Below, in pieces: positions 31,387 to 43,278 of a DNA stretch of 64,000 nt. The position numbers were made by a program, and so were the translations under genes. Position 1 is the first letter of the stretch. Every line of letters starts with the position of its first letter. The stretch comes from Lysobacteraceae bacterium. GTDB lineage: Bacteria; Pseudomonadota; Gammaproteobacteria; Xanthomonadales; Rhodanobacteraceae. The notes beneath the pieces were generated by a model. It did no database searches. It had not been told where the DNA came from and saw only the letters and a list, made by a program, of their open reading frames with translations. The stretch spans positions 109,877 to 173,876 of the forward strand of contig JBDZVT010000004.1 in NCBI GenBank assembly GCA_040255835.1, written 5' to 3'.

Positions 31387-31678
31387 GCGCTGTCCTGTGG
31401 CGGTTCCCCGTTGCCGCGGCGGGCGGCGACGGCCGCCCGACGGTAGCAGCAGCCATGCTTCCGAAGAAAGAGTGCCGCGTCATGAAACTCCGTCGCGTCG
31501 TTGCGGTCGCAATCGAGGTTGCCGGTGCTTGCCGGGCGCCGGTTCCGCGGCGTCGGGTTGGCATGGCACGGGCGGGGGCGCAAAATACTGCGTGGACGGT
31601 CCGGCTTTCTCCCGCGACGGACGTCCCGAAATCTTGCGCCCCGGTGCAGTCTCCAACCCAACCGATACGGCCACTCCC

Positions 31679-32257
31679 ATGAGCAAGTCCCCTCCCCAAG
31701 TTTCCGGCGGAACCTTTGCCGACCGCATCCGGCTGCTGATCCAGCGCGTCGGCAGCGCCACCGAGATCGCCCGCATGTGCGGTTTCTCCGAAGGCGTGGT
31801 GCGCAGCTGGCGCGACGGCAACACCGACCCCTCGCGTGCGCGTTGCGTCACCCTGGCACGCACGCTGGGCATCTCCCTGGTCTGGCTGGTGGCCGGCGAA
31901 GGCGGCATCCAGATCGACCCGACGCTGACCACGCAGGACGAGCAGCACAGCAGCCAGCCCGTGCGCGCCCAGCGCCTCCCCTCCAGCGCCGGTTCGGTCA
32001 CCCGCCTGCCGTTGTCGCCCCAGGTCCATGGCCTGGATCCGCAGCGCCTGAACACCGCGATGCAGATGCTGCAATCGGAACTGGACCTGGCGGGCAGCGC
32101 GCTGGGCCTGGCCGAGAACACCGACCTGCTCATCGAGCTGTACGAGATCCTCGGGCCGGACGGCGTCAACGTGGATGCCGGCGCGATGATGGCATTCAAC
32201 CGCCACCTCGCGCAGCGCCTGCGCGAGAGCGCCCTGGCCGCCGCCAGCACCGCCTGA
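31679..32257 (+). CDS. XRE/Cro-CI family helix-turn-helix transcriptional regulator
   Basis: ATG at 31679. N-terminal HTH (SATEIARMCGFSEGVVRSWRDG...LARTLGISLVWLVAGEG). The C-terminal half is uncharacterised. Confidence 0.7.
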   Translation: MSKSPPQVSGGTFADRIRLLIQRVGSATEIARMCGFSEGVVRSWRDGNTDPSRARCVTLARTLGISLVWLVAGEGGIQIDPTLTTQDEQHSSQPVRAQRLPSSAGSVTRLPLSPQVHGLDPQRLNTAMQMLQSELDLAGSALGLAENTDLLIELYEILGPDGVNVDAGAMMAFNRHLAQRLRESALAAASTA

Positions 32258-32302
32258 GGCCCGGCCATGCTCCCGCGGACCGCGCGCGGTCCGCGGGCCT
32301 CG

Positions 32303-34450
32303 TCAGAGCAGGGCGATGTCCGCCACGGTGCTGAACTGGCTCTTCAGCTGCTGCAGCAGCGCCAGCCGGTTGGCCCGCACGGTGGGGTCTTCGGCATTCA
32401 CCAGCACGCTGTCGAAGAACGCATCCACCGGCGCCTGCAGTTGCGCCAGACGGGCCAGTACCGCGGCGTAATCGCCGGCGGCCTCGGCCGCGGCACTGTC
32501 CTGCCGCGCGGCGGCCAGGGCATCGGCCAGTTCGCGTTCCGCGTCCGCCTCGAAGAAAGCCGGGTCGACCGCCCGCCCGGGCGGCGGTGCGCCGGCTTCC
32601 TCGGCCTGCTTGCGCAGGATGTTGGCGACCCGCTTGTTGGCCGCCGCCAGGCTCGCCGCCTCGGGCCGGCGGCCGAACTCGACCACCGCGCGCAGGCGCC
32701 GGTCGAAGTCGGCCAGGCCGGCCGGCTGCACCGCCAGCACGGCCTCGAAGGCCCCGTGCTCGAAGCCCTGCTCGGCGTAGTAGCCGCGCAGGCGTTCGTG
32801 GACGAAGTCCAGCAGATCCTCGAGCAGGATCGCGCGCCGCGCGCCGGCCTGCAGCACCGGCGGCTTGCCGTCCTTGCCCGGCTTGAGGCCGGCCGCGAGG
32901 GCGGCGTCGGGCAACTGTTCCAGCGCCTCGATGAAGCTGGCGCGCAGATCCAGTTCCAGGCCGCCCTCGATCAGCGTGCGGGCCAGGCCCAGCGCCGCGC
33001 GGCGCAGCGCGAAGGGATCCTTGTTGCCGCCGGGTTTCATGCCGATGGCGAAAATGCCGGCCAGGGTGTCGAGTCGCTCGGCCACCGCCAGCACCTGGCC
33101 CAGCGGGTCCGCGGCGATGCGGTCGCCGCCGAAGCGCGGGCGGTAATGGCTGTCCAGCGCCTCGGCCACCGCTGATGGTTCGCCGTCGTGGACGGCGTAG
33201 TAGCGGCCCATCACGCCCTGCAGCTCGGGGAACTCGCCGACCATGCGGGTCAGCAGGTCGCACTTGGCCAGGCTGGCGGCGCGCGTCGCCAGCGCCGCGT
33301 CGACGCCGACCCGGTTGGCCACCACCCGCGCCAGTTCGGCCACGCGCACGCTCTTGTCCCACTGGCTGCCCAGCGCCTGCTGGTAGGTGACATTTTTCAG
33401 CTGCTCCTGATAGCTGGCCAGCGGCGTCTTGAGGTCTTCGTCCCAGAAGAACTTGGCGTCGGCGAAACGCGGCCGGATCACCCTTTCGTAGCCGCGCCGG
33501 ATCTCGGCCGGGTCCTTGCTCTCGATGTTGGCGATGCCGATGAAGTGTTCGGTCAGCTTGCCCTCGGCGTCGAATACCGGCACGAATTTCTGGTTCGCCA
33601 CCATGGTGGTGACCAGCGCCTCGGGCGGCACCGCCAGGAAGCCGCGCTCGAAGGTGCAGGCGATCGCCACCGGCCATTCGGTCAGGTTGGCCAGCTCGTC
33701 CAGCAGCGCGTCGTCCAGCTGCGGCACGCCGCCGGTGCCCTGCGCGGCGAGCTCGATCTGGTCGTGGATGCGCTGGCGCCGCTCGCGCGGATCGGCCAGC
33801 ACCTTCGTCGCGCGCATCGCGTCGAGCCAGCCGTCGGCGTCGGCCACGTGCACCGGCTGCGGATGCATGAAGCGATGGCCGCGCGACTTGCGCCCGCTGG
33901 CCAGGCCCAGCACCTCGCCGTCGACGATGTCGGCGCCATGCAGGATCACCAGCCAGTGCACCGGTCGCACGAAGCTGTAGTCGTGATCAGCCCAGCGCAT
34001 CGGCCGCGGGATCGGCAGCGCCTTGAGCGCCTCATCGATGATCTCCGGCAGCAGGGCCGCCAGCGGCCGGCCGGGCTTGACCGCGCGCCAGACGAACCAC
34101 GCGCCCTTGTCGGTCTCCAGTTTTTCCAGCTGGTCGACCTCGACGCCGCAGGATTGGGCGAAGCCCAGCAACGCCTTCGACGGCTGTCCTTCGGCGTCGA
34201 GCGCAGCGGCTACCGCGGGGCCGCGGCGCTCGATGGCTTGCTCCGGCTGCGCGGCCGCCACCGCGGGGATGAAGGCCGCCAGCCGGCGTGGCGAGGCGTA
34301 GGCCATCGCCTGGTCCAGCCCGGCGCTGACGCCGCGCGCGGCCAGCCCGCCGACGATGCCGCGCAGGAACGCCGCCGACAACTCGTCCAGCGCGCGCGGC
34401 GGCAGTTCCTCGGTACCCAACTCGATCAGCAGCGACTTGCCGGCGTTCAT
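32303..34450 (-). CDS. glyS: glycine--tRNA ligase subunit beta
   Basis: ATG at 34450 ([18 protein letters not shown]) in an ATGA overlap with the glyQ stop. 715 aa. The remainder of the 999-codon track ORF is off-frame read-through over glyQ. Confidence 0.95.
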   Translation of the reverse strand: MNAGKSLLIELGTEELPPRALDELSAAFLRGIVGGLAARGVSAGLDQAMAYASPRRLAAFIPAVAAAQPEQAIERRGPAVAAALDAEGQPSKALLGFAQSCGVEVDQLEKLETDKGAWFVWRAVKPGRPLAALLPEIIDEALKALPIPRPMRWADHDYSFVRPVHWLVILHGADIVDGEVLGLASGRKSRGHRFMHPQPVHVADADGWLDAMRATKVLADPRERRQRIHDQIELAAQGTGGVPQLDDALLDELANLTEWPVAIACTFERGFLAVPPEALVTTMVANQKFVPVFDAEGKLTEHFIGIANIESKDPAEIRRGYERVIRPRFADAKFFWDEDLKTPLASYQEQLKNVTYQQALGSQWDKSVRVAELARVVANRVGVDAALATRAASLAKCDLLTRMVGEFPELQGVMGRYYAVHDGEPSAVAEALDSHYRPRFGGDRIAADPLGQVLAVAERLDTLAGIFAIGMKPGGNKDPFALRRAALGLARTLIEGGLELDLRASFIEALEQLPDAALAAGLKPGKDGKPPVLQAGARRAILLEDLLDFVHERLRGYYAEQGFEHGAFEAVLAVQPAGLADFDRRLRAVVEFGRRPEAASLAAANKRVANILRKQAEEAGAPPPGRAVDPAFFEADAERELADALAAARQDSAAAEAAGDYAAVLARLAQLQAPVDAFFDSVLVNAEDPTVRANRLALLQQLKSQFSTVADIALL

Positions 34451-35364
34451 GCGGCCTGCTCCTGGTCGGCGCCGCTGCGCTTGAGCCCGGGGAAACCGAG
34501 CTTCTCGCGTTGCGTCACGTAGGCCTCGGCGACCGCGCGCGACAACGCGCGCACGCGCAGGATGTAGCGCTGGCGCTCGGTGACGCTGATCGCGCGGCGC
34601 GCATCGAGCAGGTTGAAGGTGTGGCTGGCCTTCATCACCTGCTCGTAGGCGGGCAGCGGCAGGTTGGCGGCGACCAGCTTGTTCGCCTCGCCTTCGCAGA
34701 CGTCGAACCAGCGCAGCAGCTCGGCCACGTTGGCGTGCTCGAAGTTGTAGGTGCTCTGTTCGACCTCGTTCTGCAGGAACACGTCGCCGTAGCTGACCGT
34801 GCCGCGCGGGCCGTCGGTCCAGACCAGGTCGTAGACGTTGTCCACGTTCTGCAGGTACATCGCCAGGCGCTCCAGGCCGTAGGTGATCTCGCCGGTGACC
34901 GGGCGGCACTCGATGCCGCCGGCCTGCTGGAAATAGGTGAACTGGGTGACTTCCATGCCGTTCAGCCACACCTCCCAGCCCAGGCCCCAGGCGCCCAGCG
35001 TGGGCGATTCCCAGTTGTCCTCGACGAAGCGCAGGTCGTGGACCAGCGGGTCCAGGCCGAGCTCCTTCAGCGAGCCGATGTACAACTCCAGGATGTTTTC
35101 CGGATTCGGCTTCATCACCACCTGGTACTGATAGTAGTGCTGCAGGCGGTTCGGGTTCTGGCCGTAGCGGCCATCGGTGGGGCGGCGCGACGGCTGCACA
35201 TAGGCGGCCGACCACGGTTCCGGACCGAGCGCGCGCAGGAAGGTGGCCGGATGGAAGGTGCCGGCGCCCACTTCGGTGTCGAGCGGCTGCAGCAGTACGC
35301 AACCCTGCGCCGCCCAGTAGCGGTTGAGGGTCTGGATCACATCCTGGAAGGTGCGCGCGGACAT
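34447..35364 (-). CDS. glyQ: glycine--tRNA ligase subunit alpha
   Basis: [51 protein letters not shown] is a canonical GlyQ sequence. Confidence 0.97.
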   Translation of the reverse strand: MSARTFQDVIQTLNRYWAAQGCVLLQPLDTEVGAGTFHPATFLRALGPEPWSAAYVQPSRRPTDGRYGQNPNRLQHYYQYQVVMKPNPENILELYIGSLKELGLDPLVHDLRFVEDNWESPTLGAWGLGWEVWLNGMEVTQFTYFQQAGGIECRPVTGEITYGLERLAMYLQNVDNVYDLVWTDGPRGTVSYGDVFLQNEVEQSTYNFEHANVAELLRWFDVCEGEANKLVAANLPLPAYEQVMKASHTFNLLDARRAISVTERQRYILRVRALSRAVAEAYVTQREKLGFPGLKRSGADQEQAA

Positions 35365-35490
35365 GGCTTTCCGTGACCTGGGTTAAAGCGCGCTAGTATA
35401 GCTGCAGCTCGCTTTGCGGCTGGAATTTCCGGCTCGCGGGGCCTCTCGGAGCTTGGGGAAAAAAGCCACTTCCTGTGGTTTTCTTCCATC

Positions 35491-35603
35491 GCGAGTCCGG
35501 TACACGGCCGGACTCGCTCACATGGAACAGTCACTCGCATGACTGTTTCATGTCCGGCCATCCGTGGCCGGTCTGAGAGGTTGAAAAAATCACAACCTCT
35601 CAG
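35491..35603 (+). promoter_or_regulatory. four consecutive stem-loops forming the leader of the GspE-like ATPase gene
   Basis: Four stem-loops: GCGAGTCCGG/CCGGACTCGC (35491-35517); GGAACAGTCA/TGACTGTTTC (35524-35549); CCGGCCA-TCCG-TGGCCGG (35554-35571); CTGAGAGGTTG-(9-nt loop)-CAACCTCTCAG (35573-35603). The last abuts the AGAGGA RBS. Confidence 0.6.
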
Positions 35604-35617
35604 AGGACACTTGCCGG

Positions 35618-37438
<1,821 letters not shown>

Positions 37439-37465
37439 CACGTTGGACCTCTCCCCGGACCCTGC

Positions 37466-38188
37466 ATGAAACCCGTCCTGATCATCCGTACCGGCCGGGC
37501 GCCGGACAGCATCCGTGCGCGCCACGGCGATTTCCCGCACTGGTTCCGCCTGGCCGCCGGGTTGCGGCCGGAGCGCCTGCGCATCGTCGACGTGGCGGCC
37601 GGCGAATCGCTGCCCGCCGCAGCCGAGGTGGCCGGCGCCATCGTCACCGGCTCGGCCGCGATGGTTACCGAAAGACTGCCCTGGAGCGAGGCCACGGCCG
37701 GCTGGATCCGCGACGCGATGGATGCCGAGCTGCCCCTGTTCGGCGTGTGCTATGGCCACCAGCTGATGACGCATGCGCTGGGCGGGCGGGTGGATTACCT
37801 GCCGGGCGGGCGCGAGATCGGCACCCAGTCGATCGAGGTCGCCGCGAGCCAGGCGCACGACCCGCTGGGCGGCAGCCTGCCCGCCCGTTTCCGGGCGCAC
37901 ACCACCCACGAGCAGAGCGTGCTGGAACCGCCGGCGGGCGCCCGGGTGCTGGCCAGCTCGGCGCGCGACCCGCACCAGCTGCTGCGCTACGGGCCGAAGG
38001 CCGTCAGCGTGCAGTTCCACCCCGAGTTCAACGCCGACGTCATGCGCGCCTACATCCGGCGCAAGCACCACGACCTGCATCGCGAAGGCGCCGACCCCGC
38101 GCGCATCTTCGGCGCGGTGGGGGCCACCCCGGTCGCGCGCCGGCTGCTGCGCCGCTTCGCCCGCCTGCACGGCTGGAGCGCCGGCTGA
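37466..38188 (+). CDS. class I glutamine amidotransferase-like protein
   Basis: Nucleophile elbow FGVCYGHQL and the distal HPE motif (VQFHPEF). 240 aa. Confidence 0.8.
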   Translation: MKPVLIIRTGRAPDSIRARHGDFPHWFRLAAGLRPERLRIVDVAAGESLPAAAEVAGAIVTGSAAMVTERLPWSEATAGWIRDAMDAELPLFGVCYGHQLMTHALGGRVDYLPGGREIGTQSIEVAASQAHDPLGGSLPARFRAHTTHEQSVLEPPAGARVLASSARDPHQLLRYGPKAVSVQFHPEFNADVMRAYIRRKHHDLHREGADPARIFGAVGATPVARRLLRRFARLHGWSAG

Positions 38189-38197
38189 GCGCCGGGA

Positions 38198-38929
38198 TCA
38201 GCCGCGCAAGCGCCTGGCGATCGCCTCGCGCGAGAACAGCGCGAACCCCACGCCGAACACGAAACCGCCGATGTGCGCCCACCACACGTAGGCCCCGTAG
38301 CTGGGTCCGGCGTAGCTGAACAGCAATTGCAGCAGCACCCAGATGCCGATCAGCAGGAACGCCGGCACGCGCACGAACTGCAGGTACAGGCCGAGCGGCA
38401 GCACCAGGCCCAGGCGCGCGCGCGGGAACAGGGCCACGTAGGCGCCCACCACTGCCGACACCGCCCCGCTGCAGCCGATGATCGGCAGGCGCACCCCGGC
38501 CAGCGACAACGCCCCGATCAGGTTGGCCACCATGCCGCCGATGACGAACAGCGCGAGGAAGCGCAGCGATCCCAGCGTGCGCTCGCCGGGCAGCCCGAAG
38601 ATCACCAGGAACAGCAGGTTGCCCAGCAGGTGCAGCCAGGTGACGTGGATGAACAATGCCGTGAACAGCCGCAGCAGCGCCGGATCGGTCAGCTGCGGCA
38701 GCAGCGGTTCGTGCGCATCGAAGATGTTCGCCGGCACCGTGCCCCACTGCAGCAGCAGCGCGATGCGCTGCGGCGGGGGGATCAACGCCAGGCCGACGAA
38801 GCACACCACGCACAGGCTGACCAGCAGCACGGTCGCCCAGTGCCAGCGGGGCCGGCGACGTGTTTCCACATGGACAAACAAGGGCCATCCCTCCACCTCG
38901 CCCGCGCTGGCGCGTGACCCGGGCATCAT
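38198..38929 (-). CDS. rhomboid family intramembrane serine protease
   Basis: 6-TM core with HLLGNLLFL, catalytic GCSGAVSAVVGAY and AHIGGFVFG. The start (ATG 38929 or 38926) is uncertain. Confidence 0.8.
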   Translation of the reverse strand: MMPGSRASAGEVEGWPLFVHVETRRRPRWHWATVLLVSLCVVCFVGLALIPPPQRIALLLQWGTVPANIFDAHEPLLPQLTDPALLRLFTALFIHVTWLHLLGNLLFLVIFGLPGERTLGSLRFLALFVIGGMVANLIGALSLAGVRLPIIGCSGAVSAVVGAYVALFPRARLGLVLPLGLYLQFVRVPAFLLIGIWVLLQLLFSYAGPSYGAYVWWAHIGGFVFGVGFALFSREAIARRLRG

Positions 38930-39051
38930 AGGGGATCGTCGCCGCCACGCCTTGACGCAGTGCGCCTTTCCGGCCCGGCGGCAGCACGCTTGCAGCGCCA
39001 CCGGCGCGTGCTATGTTGCCCCTGCGCTTCGTGAGCACGGGGGGTGACGTG

Positions 39052-39996
39052 ATGCGGATGGGCCTGGCGATTGACGCAGCCTGCGACGTTTCGCAGGCGT
39101 TCCTGCACAAGCACCGGATCTCGGTGATGCCGATCACGGTCAGGGTGGACGCCGACACGTTCATGGACGATCGCGAACCGGGCGAATTGCAGCGGTTCAT
39201 CGCCCGTCGCCTGGGCAGCCGCAGCCACTCCGCCGAAACCGAGCCGTGCCCGGTGGCCGAGGTGCAGAAGCTGTTCCTGGACAAGCTGGTGCTGGAGCAG
39301 GACTGCGTGTTCTGCCTGACCATCACCGCCACGCGCAGCCCGATCAATGCGCACGTCAACCAGGCCAGCTTCGCGATCCTGAAGAATTATCGCCAGGTGC
39401 GCGAGCGCTCCGGCACCCCCGGCCCGTTCATGATGCGGGTGATCGACACGCGCAACATCTTCGCCGGGGCGGCGCCGGTGATCGTCGAGGCGAGCCGGAT
39501 GATCGCCGCCGGCGAGGCCCCGGCCGCGATCCGCGAACGGCTGCTGCACGTGGCCGAGCATTCCTATGGGTACATGCTGCCGCGCGACCTCTACTACCTC
39601 CGCGCCCGCGCCAAGAAGAAGAACGACCGCAGCGTCAGCCTGTTCACCGCGATGCTCGGTTCGGCGCTGGACGTCAAGCCGATCCTGCGCTGCTTCCGCG
39701 GGGAAACCGGCCCGGTCGGCAAGGTGCGCGGTTTCGACCAGGGCGCCGAAGCGCTGTTCAATTACGCGGCCCGGCGCGTGCGCGAGGGCCTGCTGGTGCC
39801 GGTGGTGTGCGTGAGCTACGGCGGCGACCTAGCCGTGCTGGACCAGTTGCCCGGTTACGCCGGCCTGCGCGAAGCCTGTGCGGAGTGTGGCGTCGAGTTG
39901 ATGGAGGCGCCCATGAGCATCACCGGCATGGTCAACGTGGGCGAGGGCGCGGTAACCCTCGGCCTGGCGGCGGCCGAGCACGACGCCGGCTTCTGA
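39052..39996 (+). CDS. DegV family (fatty-acid-binding, EDD-fold) protein
   Basis: ATG at 39052. Collinear with DegV landmarks (VIDTRNIFAGAAPVIVEA..., LGSALDVKPILRC..GETGPVGKVRG, ITGMVNVGEGAVTLGL). Confidence 0.7.
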   Translation: MRMGLAIDAACDVSQAFLHKHRISVMPITVRVDADTFMDDREPGELQRFIARRLGSRSHSAETEPCPVAEVQKLFLDKLVLEQDCVFCLTITATRSPINAHVNQASFAILKNYRQVRERSGTPGPFMMRVIDTRNIFAGAAPVIVEASRMIAAGEAPAAIRERLLHVAEHSYGYMLPRDLYYLRARAKKKNDRSVSLFTAMLGSALDVKPILRCFRGETGPVGKVRGFDQGAEALFNYAARRVREGLLVPVVCVSYGGDLAVLDQLPGYAGLREACAECGVELMEAPMSITGMVNVGEGAVTLGLAAAEHDAGF

Positions 39997-40012
39997 AGCG
40001 CCGCCGGTCCCC

Positions 40013-40627
40013 TCAGCACAGCGCCTCGCGCGCGACCGGCGCGATCGCCTCCACCCAGAGAGCGTACTGTTCCGCCGATGGGTGCAGTCCGTCCGCCGCG
40101 ACCAGCTCGGGGTGGTGGCGCGAGATCGGGGTGATGTCGACGAAGCGCGCGCCGCGGCTCCCGGCCAGCTCGCGCGCGCAGGCGTTGAACTCGTCCAGCT
40201 CGCGGGCGATGCGCGCCGGGTCGCGCCCCTGTTCGCGGGCGAAGCGGGTGACGCCCCAGTCGGGGATGGACACCACCAGCACCCGCGCGGCGCGCCCGCC
40301 GGCCAGCGCGATGGCGCGCTCGAGCAGGGTGCCGAACTGCTGCGCGTACTCGTCGAGGCTGCGGCCGCGGTACTGGTTGTTGACGCCGATCTGCAGGGTC
40401 ACCAGGTCGTGCGCCGGCTGCAGGGCCGCCGCGTCCATGCCTCGCGCCAGCTCGTCGGTGGTCCAGCCGGTGACGGCCACGATCTGCGGTTCGCCCACGT
40501 CCACGCCGGCTTGCCGCAGGCGCTGCGCCAGCACCGCCGGCCAGCGCTCCGCGGCGGCCACGGCCTCGCCGATGGTGTAGGAATCGCCGAGCGCGAGGTG
40601 GCGCATTGGAGGTGGCGTGGCCGGCAT
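40013..40627 (-). CDS. SGNH/GDSL hydrolase family protein
   Basis: Block I LALGDSYTIGE, and block V DGLHPS near the C-terminus. Confidence 0.8.
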   Translation of the reverse strand: MPATPPPMRHLALGDSYTIGEAVAAAERWPAVLAQRLRQAGVDVGEPQIVAVTGWTTDELARGMDAAALQPAHDLVTLQIGVNNQYRGRSLDEYAQQFGTLLERAIALAGGRAARVLVVSIPDWGVTRFAREQGRDPARIARELDEFNACARELAGSRGARFVDITPISRHHPELVAADGLHPSAEQYALWVEAIAPVAREALC

Positions 40628-40636
40628 CGGCCCGGC

Positions 40637-41881
40637 TCAGGCCGCGGCGACGGCGGTGTCCGCCTGTTCGCGTGCCATCCGCTGCAGCACGCGCTCGATC
40701 CGCACGAACACCTCGCGCAACTGCGCCGGCGGCGGCAGCAGGGTCAGCCGGAAATGCCGGCTGCGCGGCACGTTGAAGCTGCTGCCGGGCACCACCAGCA
40801 CCGACTCCTCCTCGAGCAGGCGCAGGGCGAAGGATTCATCGTCGAACTGCGGGATGCGTTCGGCGCGCACCGCGGGAAACGCGTACAGCGCGCCGGCCGG
40901 CGCCACCAGTTCGAGGTGCTCGCTGGCGGCGACCCCGCGCAGCACCGCCTCGCGCGCCTGGTGCAGGCGCCCGCCCGGCGCGGTCAGCGCGTCGATCGTC
41001 GGCGCGTCCAGCAGCGCGGGCAGCACCGCCCATTGCGCGGTCACGTTGGCGCACAGGCGCAACGCCGCCAGCAGTTGCAGCGCGTCGCGATAGGCGGCTG
41101 CGGCGGCGGGGGCGCCGGACAGGCTCATCCAGCCCACCCGGTAGCCGCAGGCGCGATGCACCTTGCTGAGGCCGCCGAAACTCAGGCAGGGCAGCTCGCC
41201 GGCGATTTCCGCCAGCGGCTGGAAGCGGGCACCGTCGTAGAGGATCTCGTCGTAGATCTCGTCGGCGAGCAGCAGCAGGCCATGCCGCGCGGCGGCCTCG
41301 ACCAGGCGCTGCAGCAGCCCGCGCGGATACACCGCGCCGGTCGGGTTGTTCGGGTTGATCAGCACCAGCGCGCGGGTGCGCGGGGTGACCAGCGCTTCCA
41401 CTTCGTCCGGGTCGGGCAGGTGGCCGCGGCTGGCCGGGCAGTGGTAGTAGCGCGGCCGCCCGCCGTTGAGAATGGTGGCCGCGCTCCACAGCGGGTAATC
41501 CGGGCTGGGCAGCAGCACCTCGTCGCCGGGCTGCAGCAGGGCGCGCAGGGCCAGGTCGATCAGTTCGCTGACGCCGTTGCCGATGAAGATGCGCTCGGGC
41601 TGCACGTGCCGCGCGCCGCGGCCGCCCTGTTGCGCGGCGATCGCCTCGCGCGCGGCCTCCAGTCCTTGTTCGTGGCCGTAGGCGTCGCTCTCGTGCAGGT
41701 GGCTGGCGATGGCCTCGCGCAGGTGCGCCGGCGCCTCGAAGCCGTAGCGACCGGGATTGCCGATATTCAGCTTGATGATGTCGCGCCCGGCGGATTCGAG
41801 TTCGCGGGCGCGCCGGGTCAGCGCGCCGCGGATCTCGTAGCGTACGTCTGCCAGGTGCGCACTGGGGATGATCGGGGCCAA
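40637..41881 (-). CDS. PLP-dependent aminotransferase (alanine aminotransferase AlaA/AlaC-like)
   Basis: DVRYEIRG..., IKLNIGNPG, LINPNNPTGAVY, and SKVHRACGYRVGW (PLP lysine). No ATG nearby. TTG at 41881 is preceded by AAGGAA; start uncertain. Confidence 0.8.
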   Translation of the reverse strand: MAPIIPSAHLADVRYEIRGALTRRARELESAGRDIIKLNIGNPGRYGFEAPAHLREAIASHLHESDAYGHEQGLEAAREAIAAQQGGRGARHVQPERIFIGNGVSELIDLALRALLQPGDEVLLPSPDYPLWSAATILNGGRPRYYHCPASRGHLPDPDEVEALVTPRTRALVLINPNNPTGAVYPRGLLQRLVEAAARHGLLLLADEIYDEILYDGARFQPLAEIAGELPCLSFGGLSKVHRACGYRVGWMSLSGAPAAAAAYRDALQLLAALRLCANVTAQWAVLPALLDAPTIDALTAPGGRLHQAREAVLRGVAASEHLELVAPAGALYAFPAVRAERIPQFDDESFALRLLEEESVLVVPGSSFNVPRSRHFRLTLLPPPAQLREVFVRIERVLQRMAREQADTAVAAA

Positions 41882-42045
41882 CGCCGGGTTCCTTGCTGGT
41901 CGGGAATCGGCGCACGCGCCGGTCACGTGGATGCTAGCAGCGTGATGCAGTGCAGCGCGAGTCGGACGTGAGGCAGCCCGCGGGCGATCGTCGGGCCATG
42001 TCCGGGCAGGGCATAATCGACCCACCATGCCAGGCAAGCCTCGCC

Positions 42046-43101
42046 ATGAGTGATGTCGAAACGATCGAGCGGCTGCGGCATATCGGCTGGCGCGGCGACC
42101 ACCTGCCCGGCGGCGGGCGACGCCTGGCGCGGGTGGTGGCGCAGCATCGCGCCGGCTACGAACTGCACGATGGCCGCACGCTGTTCGGCGCGCAGCCTGA
42201 CGGGCATTTCCTCAAGCGCGGCATCGACCCGGCCGAGCGGCCGGTGGTGGGCGATTTCGTGGAAGTGGCCGACGGCACGCCGCCGCACATCCTCAGCGTC
42301 GGCCCGCGGCGCAGCATGCTGTCGCGGGCGGCCGCGGGCGAGCGCTACGAACGCCAGCTGATCGCCACCAACATCGACTACGTGCTGGTGCTGACCGGGC
42401 TGGACGGCGATTTCAACCCGGCCCGCATCGAGCGCTACCTGTCGCTGACCGAGGGCTCGGGCGCGCAGCCGGTGGTGGTGCTGAGCAAGCCGGACAAGTG
42501 CACGGACGCGGCGGCGAAGGTCGCCGCCCTGCGCGAACGGCTGCCGCAGGGCACGCCGATCCACGCGATCAACGGCAAGGACCCCGCGAGCGCCGGCGAG
42601 CTGGCGCGCTACCTGCGCCCGGGCGACAGTGCCGTACTGGTGGGCTCCTCCGGTGCCGGCAAATCGACGCTGACCAACACCTTGCTGGGCACCGCCACCA
42701 TGGCCACCGCCGCGGTGCGCAGCCACGACAGTCGCGGCCGCCACACCACCACCCACCGCGCCCTGCTGCAACTGCCCTCGGGCGGCTGCCTGATCGACAC
42801 CCCCGGCATGCGCGAGCTGAAGCTCACCGGCGAGGAGCAGCTCGACCTGTTCGCCGACATCGAGCAACTGGCCGAGCGATGCCGCTTTGCCGATTGCGGC
42901 CATGGCAGCGAACCGGGCTGCGCGGTGCAGGTGGCGCTGGATACCGGCGAGCTGAGTGCCGAGCGCTGGCGCAACTACCTCAAGCTGCACGACGAACGCG
43001 AGGAGCAGGCGGCCACGCTGGAGGCACGGTTGCGCCGCCAGCGCGGCGGCCGTCCGATCGAATCGCCGCGCGGCCACCGCCCCCGGCGCGAGCGGGAGTA
43101 G
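42046..43101 (+). CDS. rsgA: ribosome small-subunit-dependent GTPase A
   Basis: ATG at 42046. Circularly permuted GTPase (LSKPDK, GSSGAGKSTLTN, DTPGMRE) and zinc knuckle CRFADCGHGSEPGCAV. Confidence 0.92.
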   Translation: MSDVETIERLRHIGWRGDHLPGGGRRLARVVAQHRAGYELHDGRTLFGAQPDGHFLKRGIDPAERPVVGDFVEVADGTPPHILSVGPRRSMLSRAAAGERYERQLIATNIDYVLVLTGLDGDFNPARIERYLSLTEGSGAQPVVVLSKPDKCTDAAAKVAALRERLPQGTPIHAINGKDPASAGELARYLRPGDSAVLVGSSGAGKSTLTNTLLGTATMATAAVRSHDSRGRHTTTHRALLQLPSGGCLIDTPGMRELKLTGEEQLDLFADIEQLAERCRFADCGHGSEPGCAVQVALDTGELSAERWRNYLKLHDEREEQAATLEARLRRQRGGRPIESPRGHRPRRERE

Positions 43102-43278
43102 GCCAGCGCGCCCGAAAAAAGCAGCCACCCGGCGAGCCGGCACTGCCTTGCAAAGGCACAGGGGCGCCGCTACCGTCGCCGCCATGTCCGTTTCCGATTC
43201 GTGCGCGCCGCGCACCGTGATGAGCATCTTCCTTCCAGGCGCATGGGCCATGCCGCGGCGGCACGCCGCCGCACTTCC

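Noticed and set aside
31387-31678. A small ORF (31455..31682, 75 aa) in the divergent spacer between the LplT fusion and the XRE regulator.
   Set aside because: No RBS, Arg/Pro-rich composition, and its end overlaps the start of the regulator gene. More likely promoter/operator DNA.
29441-32206. A 921-codon minus-strand ORF, plus a 624-codon plus-strand ORF at 29572..31446.
   Set aside because: They overlap the convincing MFS-acyltransferase frame (29512..31386) and the XRE regulator. Composition is artefactual.
32303-35302. A single 999-codon ORF covering glyS and most of glyQ.
   Set aside because: Only the part from the ATG at 34450 downward is GlyS. The upstream 284 codons are an alternative frame over glyQ, which is clearly encoded in its own frame (34447..35364) with the usual ATGA junction.
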